In this document: piece after piece, positions 33,384 through 41,027 of the stretch
How positions within the stretch are numbered: the first letter of the stretch is position 1
How the letters are laid out: each line of letters starts with the position of its first letter
Assembly (NCBI GenBank): GCA_010093745.1
Contig: MU005991.1
Span: forward strand, 131,678-172,704
Direction of reading: 5' to 3'
Length of the DNA: 41,027 bases
Source of the DNA: Piedraia hortae CBS 480.64
Taxonomy: Eukaryota
The notes under the pieces: generated by a model
Seen by the model: the letters and a program-made list of their open reading frames with translations, nothing else
Database searches by the model: none
Told to the model about the DNA's origin: nothing
Translations under genes and position numbers: made by a program

Positions 33384-35413
33384 TTTGCTGGGATACTGTT
33401 AGATACGTCAGGAGCTGGGGGCAGGGCGGATATAACATACAGTGTTGGACCCTGTTGAGCGATGGGTAATGAGGAGAGGATGTTGGGTAAGAGGTGTGCT
33501 GCAACACAATGCGGTGTGGTTTTCGAAGGAAGAGGTGTTGAAGTGGGTCGTTACTGTTTCGTCGGCGTGGAAATTACACGTTGTGTTTTGCGGGCTCTTG
33601 GCGCGTTTTTTGGGGGATGTTTGGACGAATTAGGAAGGAGGTTTGGATCGGGACTTGACATAGTTGCTATGTTCAACGTGTATAATTCTTGGTAGGACTA
33701 CTGGAACTGAGCGAAGGACTGCGTTTGGTTAGATGGCGTAAGGCAACTTGCATGTTCAAGGAAGAAAGCACATAATTTTTTTGTCTCTCAGGATGATTTT
33801 GTTTGGCCAGGCAATCCGATAAGCTTATTGTATCGATTGTAAGGGCCCAACGGGGCCTCTCCCCGAGAACGGGCTTAAGGCCACTGCAATGGAAAGCGGG
33901 CGAAGCTACGGTCTTGCATGCAATAGGCTACGATTCCGCATCTGAACTGCACAGGCTGTATCACATTGTTCAACTTACTGTAGGTCGGGATGGTATCTAT
34001 GTCGGGCAAGGAGCTGTATTTCAGGAGAGTCTTAAGTGGCCCGACCATTGAAACCGGTCTACTTGCAAGCTCGTCTGTAGAATGATACCCAGGTCCAGTC
34101 ACGCTAGCGTCGTTATAGTGCCTGAAAACTCAACTATTGGCTGATGAAAGATGGAACAGTAAGGCTGAACAAGCAGCTTATCGAATATGTGAATAGACTT
34201 GCAGTGCTCAACAACATGGCCTTTCAAAACTTGCAGATGTGGGGAAGAGCATCCCGCACCGAGCGAGATGTCAACTTCTCCAAAGAGTAACACGAAGCAA
34301 ACCACGTTGCGTGGCAGTATACCGTGCAAAACTCCTCCATCTGACGAGTAGATCTCTGTCTGTCCTTATTCATGGTGGTTGATCTTATGCTAGATCGAGT
34401 ACATGTAGTTCAAAGTTCGAATTGGGGTTACCTGTGCATGTTGAATCTAGCTTAATGTGTCAGTGGAACTTCCAGGTCAAAGGCCCGCGCATTCATTGCC
34501 GATGCCTCACCACAACCTAGAGTATTCTCTTGATCGTAGCAACTCCAGCTGATTACTTGGCTCGCACGTGAATACAAGTGGCAACACTGATAGATCCCAG
34601 CAACACGGCTCCACCTATTGCATGACACCGAAGGCTGGAGTATTAAGATTTTCCTTCAGCATGCATGAACCAAGGATGTCAGCCGAGTCGAGGTGGGCTG
34701 GTTGGGCGTGTCTGCAGCCTACGTTTCAGGAAGCCGTGCTGCTGCAGGGCTGCAGTTGAGCCAAGCCGTGGTCTGAGGACGGAAGAGCAGCAGATGCGGC
34801 AAAACTCCCAAGCGCCATGGCATGAGGAACTGTCATTCCGGAAACTACCGACCGTGCTCGAGATCAAAGCCAGCGGTGATGCTACTGTAAAAAGCGACAT
34901 GGGCGGACTGCGTTCACAAAGTTACGGATGGTGCACGAAAAGACCCTGATAGACATTAGAACTTGTGGCCAATCATTGGCCATTATCGTCATCTAGCGAA
35001 CGTTTCCAGCGTGCGGTCCGAGCCGGACAGGGAATAGAAGTGCGGCAGTGATGGCGCCACCAAGATGATGGATGGGGCTCCCCTGCATGATCTCACATAT
35101 GGCTGAGTGTTTCGGGCTATGGGGCGGGCCGCAGCCCGTGAGGCTGCGGGCCGACAACGTGAACGGCGAGGATGGAACAGGGGTTGTTTCTGGTCATTTG
35201 AGCATCGTGGAATGTAACGTGAGACGATGAGCTTTATGTAGACAGCCCATGCTTTGTCTCCATGTTCCAAACTCCGAGGACGCAGTCTTGACGACCCGTC
35301 CTAACAACTCAAGGTCCGACAAGTCAGAGCGGAGCGGCCCGCCAGGCCCCTGTCCGTACCCCTAAACCCGACATCGGTTGCGAGTTCCCAGGCGCAGCGA
35401 CAGTGTCTCCGCC

Positions 35414-38400
35414 ATGAACGACGTTGAGCGCGGGCCGCGGACGCCAGTCAGGGCGCGTCGACGACATTTCTACCGTGGCTCTCAATCGCAAGACCGGATG
35501 AAACAGACGCCAAACCGCGCATCGAAGCCGAGTAACGACACGCCGGACTCGCGCCGCCACTCTCATGGCTTATCGTGGAACAGCGCGGCACGGAACAGTG
35601 TCGTCGACAACCTCCTAATGTCGCTTGACGCCGCATTTGGGTCATCTGCGACGGGTGAAGAGTCTCCTGGCCTTGGCCAGCGTCCTGGGCTCCCGAGAGG
35701 CCACACGGCGTCCTCCTTGTTCTCCCGCGACTCATCTCCTTCACGTTTCTCGATGCCCAGACGGAAGCAGGATAGCAGTAGCACGTTTCGGGCCGGAACT
35801 GGCAGAATCGGCAGCCTATGCAGTGACTCAGAAAGCACAGGCAGTGGGGGCGCGGCGCTGACGGCCAACTGTGTACTCGACAGCAGCAAACGCTCTTTTA
35901 GCGCTGATGAAGTATACACAGGATCAGTGCTGGAGCGAGGCCGGCCCATTAGGTCGATATTCAGCGCATTCGATGCCACTGAGGCTGCGCCAGAGCCTGC
36001 GGTGCCGGTAGGGCCGCGAAACAAATTGAATCCGGCAGCGATAGGCCCAGTGCATGTACGTACGCCGGCGGCGTCGAAGTTGATGACAGATTCTCACACC
36101 GACCCGCGGCTGGGGTCGCGTTCGAACTCACTGATCCCGCAACACATCCACCTACAGGCGTCTAATTTTGTAAGAGCCAACAGCATGACGGGAGAAATGT
36201 GTCAGGGCAACGAAGCTGGCAATAAACCAGTAGCGCCGACAGCCAGTTATAGCCTTTTCCCGGTGGGTCGGGAAAACGTTCCTCCTCCACGCAGCCAGAG
36301 CTTCTTCCGAAACGTCTTTGGCTTCCAGTCAGACTCAGCTGAGCGGCGGGAGTCGGCGCAGAGCACGCCGACACGTTCCCTTTCGCTCAAGTCGCAGGAT
36401 CGAGTGCCTCAGCAGCCACAGCCACAGCCGCCGCCCGGTCCCTTGCGCCCACCAATCACCCTGAATAAAAAGACTTCGTCGTTTTTCCGGAGGAAGAAAA
36501 AGGCTGCTGCACCAGCGCAGTTGACGGAGTCGATGCCGCAGCTGACGATTGTGCCACCGGAGCCGAGTCCGTCGATCAGCAGCCTTAGGAGGGTCATGGA
36601 TCCATTCTTAAACGAAAACAGGCCCGACAGCTCGCGCCAGACCACGCCTGTGGAGGAGGATTCAGACGATCTGGATATGTTCCACTTTGGCTACACACCG
36701 CCTCCGGATGCGTCATTAGGCAGACGGGACCCGATAAGTAGGCTATCTCCCCGAGACAAGTCAAAAATGAAGATAAGAAACAAAGGGAAAAAAAGGAAAG
36801 AGGATGGTGCGTCTGTGGGGACCGGCTTCAACGACGCAAGCGATGGCACGTCTCCCACAACCGTCTGTGAGCCGCAGACGCCGCCGGAGCTCCATGTCGC
36901 GCCGTGGGAGGCCCACCCGGAAACTCCGCAGATGTCCGACGCAGCTTTCGGGCTGAGCAAGCTACGGGTCAGCACCAGTTTTGACGACCAGCCGCGCGGT
37001 AGAGCTCATGAAAGGGTACGCAGTGCAAGCGGCGAAGACCTGAAGGGCCTCACCCGTCGTCCCGGTTACGCTCCGCTGCCTAGTGTGCGCATAGACGAAA
37101 TCGAAGCGTCGAGGCTGAATGAGGAAATCGAGTACCGCGGACGGGCACGTCGCATCTTCGAGGGCGACGAGGGAGATGTCAGCCAGTCTGAAGCCGCGGC
37201 GTGGATGGGCGAGGACACCGAGCAGAGTTCACGTACGCTGAAGGCGTATATGCAGTTGTTCGACTTCCGACAAATGGACCTTCTGTCCACCCTCAGAGCT
37301 CTCTGCGGCAAACTCCGTCTTTCTGGTGAGACGCAGCAGTTTGACCGTATCATATCCGCCCTGGCCGAGCGCTGGTGTCAGTGTAATCCAAACCACGGCT
37401 TCCAGGCCCAGGATGTGGCCCACACCATCCTCTATTCGCTCATCCTGCTCAATACCGACCTTCACGTTGCCGATATCGGCGGTAAAATGTCTCGGGCGGC
37501 GTATGTGAAGAATACGCTGCCCACCATACGGCGGGTGGTAACGGATGCCGCGCCTAATGCGTTCAGCGAGACAGCAAAGGCCCCTAGCACTCTTGCCCGC
37601 CCCGCCCTCCTTTGGGCCCATTCGTCCTCTTCGTCTGCTGTTCCTACGTCTGACACCTCAGATAGATCATCGACCGATGGCTCGGCCAGTAACAGGCTTT
37701 CCATGTGGCCAATGTCTGATGTCTGGGCGCCTTCAGCGGGTGCCAATGCGTCGACGACGTTGTTGTCTCAGCCCTGGACGGGCAGCCTACGTGCATGGGA
37801 AGTGGAGATCGAGGGTGTGTTGAAGGCGTTTTTCAACTCCATCAAGTCTGAACCACTACCATTACTGCCAGACACCAACGGAGCGGATAGGAAGCTCTCC
37901 GTAACCAGTCTGGGCGTACCTAGGCGGTCACGCTCGTTCAGCAGTCGATCCCCGTCCGAAGCCATATCATTCCGTCCCAAACAGAGCTTGCGCGGTATGG
38001 CATTGAGCTGGCAGCAGAGGACTGTGCGGCCTCGCCCAAAGATCTATATGGGAAGCGCGCGAGGCTCGTTTTCACGCGCCAGCTTCGATGACGGAGGCTT
38101 AAGCAAAAGCTCCCTATCGCGTGCCCTGGGCTCGCCTTCCATGGACAGCCTGGGCAGACACACTTCGGAGCTGGCCCACTCGGTGGGTTTTGCCAATGCC
38201 CTCTCACAGGCCATGATACGCGAGGAAAGCACGATTGATTCCGAATCGCTCAGCGTCGGCGCTGGCCTACTTGAAGACGAAGACTTGGCACTGCAGGGAG
38301 CGCCGTGGGCAAAGGAGGGACTCGTCAAGCACAAGCATCATATGGAGTCTACGGATCGGAAGGCCAAGGACCGTGGATGGAACGATATATTTGCCGTCAT

Positions 38401-39295
38401 CAGCAAGGGCAAGCTGACGCTCTTCTCATTCAAAAGCGGCACGACCAAGACGGCTAACCGGCATATGTCGAGGCCGACGGTGAGTTCGGCCGCCCCTCGC
38501 GTCGGAGGCGGTGACTGGACAGAGCAGGCGGAACAGCTACACTATTTTGTGCTCGGGCACTGCATGGCCTCCGTCCTTCCTCCACCGGGTTATAACAAAA
38601 CCCGGCCACATGTATGGGCGCTGACTCTACCGACGGGCGCAGTACATCTGTTTCAAGTCGGCACTCCTGAGATTGCCCAAGAGTTTGTTGTCACGGCAAA
38701 CTACTGGGCGGCGCGGCTAAGCAAAGAGCCGCTAGTTGGCAGCGTCAGCAATCTGGAATACGGCTGGTCAGATCAAGTCATCAATCGTCCACCCGAGGAC
38801 ACCACGTCGCCCGAATCAAAACACATGCGCTCTCCGTCTAACAGCCTTATCGTACCCCTTCGTCGACCCAGCCTGGCACAAGCATCTATACGAGGCAGCA
38901 TTGACGCAGGCGCAGCCGGCACCAGGACACGACTACCGGGTGACAGGGTTGTGATTGCGCAATGGCAGCCTCCCACACAGAGCATGACAACGAGCAGCCT
39001 TTCAGAGGCAGACCAACTCGCCTCTCTCCAGAACTATATCCGCGGCGTCGAGGCCGAACTGACGCAGCATAACGAACTGAAACCGGCTATAGAACTGACT
39101 GTAAGTTGTCACTCTAGGAAACATGAAAGCACTAACAGTGAAAAACAGTATTCTCATCGAATGGCCAACTACGCGCGAGTGAGCTCAAACTGGCAGCGTA
39201 AATCAGACTATCTCCTACGCGAGCTGGTCAAGTTCACATCATATGTGGATTCACTGCATGCGGCGCGAGCGAAGAGCGAGCAGCTCAGGTCATGA
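35414..39295 (+). CDS. SYT1: Sec7 plus PH domain ARF guanine-nucleotide exchange factor (Syt1-like); in-frame 48-nt intron 39101-39148; 5' end uncertain
   Basis: Sec7 LRLSGETQQFDRII and YSLILLNTDLHVAD; PH PWAKEGLVKHKHH and TANYWAARLSKEPL. Confidence 0.82.
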   Translation: MNDVERGPRTPVRARRRHFYRGSQSQDRMKQTPNRASKPSNDTPDSRRHSHGLSWNSAARNSVVDNLLMSLDAAFGSSATGEESPGLGQRPGLPRGHTASSLFSRDSSPSRFSMPRRKQDSSSTFRAGTGRIGSLCSDSESTGSGGAALTANCVLDSSKRSFSADEVYTGSVLERGRPIRSIFSAFDATEAAPEPAVPVGPRNKLNPAAIGPVHVRTPAASKLMTDSHTDPRLGSRSNSLIPQHIHLQASNFVRANSMTGEMCQGNEAGNKPVAPTASYSLFPVGRENVPPPRSQSFFRNVFGFQSDSAERRESAQSTPTRSLSLKSQDRVPQQPQPQPPPGPLRPPITLNKKTSSFFRRKKKAAAPAQLTESMPQLTIVPPEPSPSISSLRRVMDPFLNENRPDSSRQTTPVEEDSDDLDMFHFGYTPPPDASLGRRDPISRLSPRDKSKMKIRNKGKKRKEDGASVGTGFNDASDGTSPTTVCEPQTPPELHVAPWEAHPETPQMSDAAFGLSKLRVSTSFDDQPRGRAHERVRSASGEDLKGLTRRPGYAPLPSVRIDEIEASRLNEEIEYRGRARRIFEGDEGDVSQSEAAAWMGEDTEQSSRTLKAYMQLFDFRQMDLLSTLRALCGKLRLSGETQQFDRIISALAERWCQCNPNHGFQAQDVAHTILYSLILLNTDLHVADIGGKMSRAAYVKNTLPTIRRVVTDAAPNAFSETAKAPSTLARPALLWAHSSSSSAVPTSDTSDRSSTDGSASNRLSMWPMSDVWAPSAGANASTTLLSQPWTGSLRAWEVEIEGVLKAFFNSIKSEPLPLLPDTNGADRKLSVTSLGVPRRSRSFSSRSPSEAISFRPKQSLRGMALSWQQRTVRPRPKIYMGSARGSFSRASFDDGGLSKSSLSRALGSPSMDSLGRHTSELAHSVGFANALSQAMIREESTIDSESLSVGAGLLEDEDLALQGAPWAKEGLVKHKHHMESTDRKAKDRGWNDIFAVISKGKLTLFSFKSGTTKTANRHMSRPTVSSAAPRVGGGDWTEQAEQLHYFVLGHCMASVLPPPGYNKTRPHVWALTLPTGAVHLFQVGTPEIAQEFVVTANYWAARLSKEPLVGSVSNLEYGWSDQVINRPPEDTTSPESKHMRSPSNSLIVPLRRPSLAQASIRGSIDAGAAGTRTRLPGDRVVIAQWQPPTQSMTTSSLSEADQLASLQNYIRGVEAELTQHNELKPAIELTVSCHSRKHESTNSEKQYSHRMANYARVSSNWQRKSDYLLRELVKFTSYVDSLHAARAKSEQLRS

Positions 39296-39439
39296 CCAAG
39301 ACACCCCATTAACGAAACCAACCCATTGTACAGGATATACAACCATTGAATTTGTCCACGATTAGGCGCTATAAACTTTTTTCCCCATTCTATCGCCCAT
39401 TATATTTTTCAAAGAAGAAAAAAAAGACAAGAGTCTACA

Positions 39440-40660
39440 TTACAACGCGCCATATTCGTCGGGGAGTTCGAGGTGAAAGTCCCCCGTATTTAGACCACGG
39501 ATCACTTTGACGCCCTCGTCCGTGAGACGCGGCATACCACCGTCACGTTCAGGTTCAACGACGAAGAATCGTGGAGTCCAGATCCTATTCTGGGCTTTCC
39601 GTTCTGCGGCTTTTTCCCTCTGTTTTTCTTCAAGAATCTGTTTCTTGTCCGTGGCGGATGAGAACTGCTTCGCCGCGATGGCGTCGCTGACTGGAGCCCA
39701 GAACCGGCGCGATTCGTTGGGAAGCTGTACATCCGGAGGTGGACACTGTTTCGGCACCGGACGCAAATCACGAACGTCTGCAAGTAAGGTTTTCTCGTTT
39801 CGGGGAACCTTCTTGAACTCTCGTGGACCAGGCGAGAAGAAAATCTGTTCCGTCCAGCTGCCGTCAATGCGGCCTACAATGTCCTTTTCAGGCACGGATT
39901 TTATCCTCGTGGTTTTGTCTTCGGCAACATCGCAGTTGAAGACGACGCCCTCGACGCGGTTCTGTGTCTTGCCGAAATATCCTTCTTCCTGGTAGTGCAG
40001 GATGACCTTGAGACCCGTCTTAGCACATGTGATGAAGCACGTGTCGGCCACGCTGACGCTGAGGTTCCCTCGGAAGATTCCGCCGAGATATGCGATGGGG
40101 TGTGTGAGGCGGTAGACTTCGTCGCGGTTGTGCAGGGTGATGAAAATGCCCTGGTTGAACTGCCCCGGCGTGACTTTGACACTCGTCCCGGTGAACTTTG
40201 CGCTGAGCTGGTCGTAGCCGCACGCGGTGACGGCTTTTTGGGGACATTCGGCCCAGTAGGCCGACACAGGAGGATGGTGGCTCGTCTGCTCCGTCAAATA
40301 ACTGACGCGTGCCCCTTCGGCGTCCCAGAAACAGCGGAAGAACTCTCCCAGCGTGCTGTTGTACGGCTTGCAGGGCCGGCCGCTGACGTATTTGATGTCT
40401 TTGGTGAACCAAAACTGCAGACAGGCCACCATACGCCCGACCGCATCGTCGCTATCGCCAATCGCCGCGAACCTCTCCGGCCGGTCCAGGTAGTGCCAGT
40501 ATTCCAGGTTCGGCATCGGCTCAAGCAGCTGGGCCGGAAGACTGAACCGCACTGCCGCGATGTCTGAGACGCCGGCAAAGCGCCGTAAGATGGAGATGAA
40601 TGTGCGCAGCCGGCTGCTGTCGTCAGGCATCTTGCCGTCCGGAGCCACCGCCTCACTCAT
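39440..40660 (-). CDS. Oxysterol-binding protein homologue, short Osh6/Osh7 type
   Basis: KPYNSTLGEFF and the OSBP signature EQTSHHPPVSAY; 406 aa, no introns seen. Confidence 0.92.
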   Translation of the reverse strand: MSEAVAPDGKMPDDSSRLRTFISILRRFAGVSDIAAVRFSLPAQLLEPMPNLEYWHYLDRPERFAAIGDSDDAVGRMVACLQFWFTKDIKYVSGRPCKPYNSTLGEFFRCFWDAEGARVSYLTEQTSHHPPVSAYWAECPQKAVTACGYDQLSAKFTGTSVKVTPGQFNQGIFITLHNRDEVYRLTHPIAYLGGIFRGNLSVSVADTCFITCAKTGLKVILHYQEEGYFGKTQNRVEGVVFNCDVAEDKTTRIKSVPEKDIVGRIDGSWTEQIFFSPGPREFKKVPRNEKTLLADVRDLRPVPKQCPPPDVQLPNESRRFWAPVSDAIAAKQFSSATDKKQILEEKQREKAAERKAQNRIWTPRFFVVEPERDGGMPRLTDEGVKVIRGLNTGDFHLELPDEYGAL

Positions 40661-41027
40661 GGTTGCACCGGGGCTGTGTGCGATCGTTTGGGCGGTCTTG
40701 TTGACGTCACCGAGCGATGATGAAACCCCGCACTTTTGGTGCTTGCTGGAGAGAACGCGGTCTCCCCCGCAATTTTATATGCCGCCCCCACTCCTTCCCG
40801 GATTTCTGGAACTGATAGCTTGGCGACGCCATGATGTGATAAGCCGGAGCCTGGGAGGCTGGACATCGTGATCACTTGTTGTAACCTCACGCAGTGGAAT
40901 AACAGCAAATTCAAATTGCAAGACGGGTATGTGCGAATGATCATTCTTCCCTCGACTACAGTAGTGTTTATTATAATTGTGAGCAGATGTGTACCTGCAT
41001 ACAAATCTCTACGGAAAACTAGTTGAC

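Overview
Compact filamentous-ascomycete (Pezizomycotina-type) nuclear DNA with mostly ~45-75 nt GT-AG introns and very short intergenic spacers. A housekeeping block (WW-domain protein, NOP56, CCT6, ACO1, BUD20, PSE1/KAP121, CBS-PB1 protein, RPS26, VanZ-like, SPT7) is followed, after a gap, by a Sec7-PH ARF-GEF and an OSH6/7-like gene. Two decayed mobile-element islands lie at 1-4.9 kb (hAT relic, degenerate LTR element, solo LTRs) and 27.4-35.3 kb (solo LTRs, orphan or pseudo-ORFs). Two things stand out. (1) A truncated Ty3/gypsy element with an open Gag-PR-RT(N) frame sits inside the NOP56 coding sequence and appears to form a 1928-nt intron: the donor is at the LTR edge, the branch point and acceptor lie in pol sequence, and splicing rejoins the KKD tail exon in frame. 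(2) ACO1 has a 10-nt micro-exon encoding a 4Fe-4S ligand cysteine, followed by a 1135-nt intron, about 20x the local norm, rich in hairpins and nested long-range helices. All calls were made by eye; no searches or folding programs were run.
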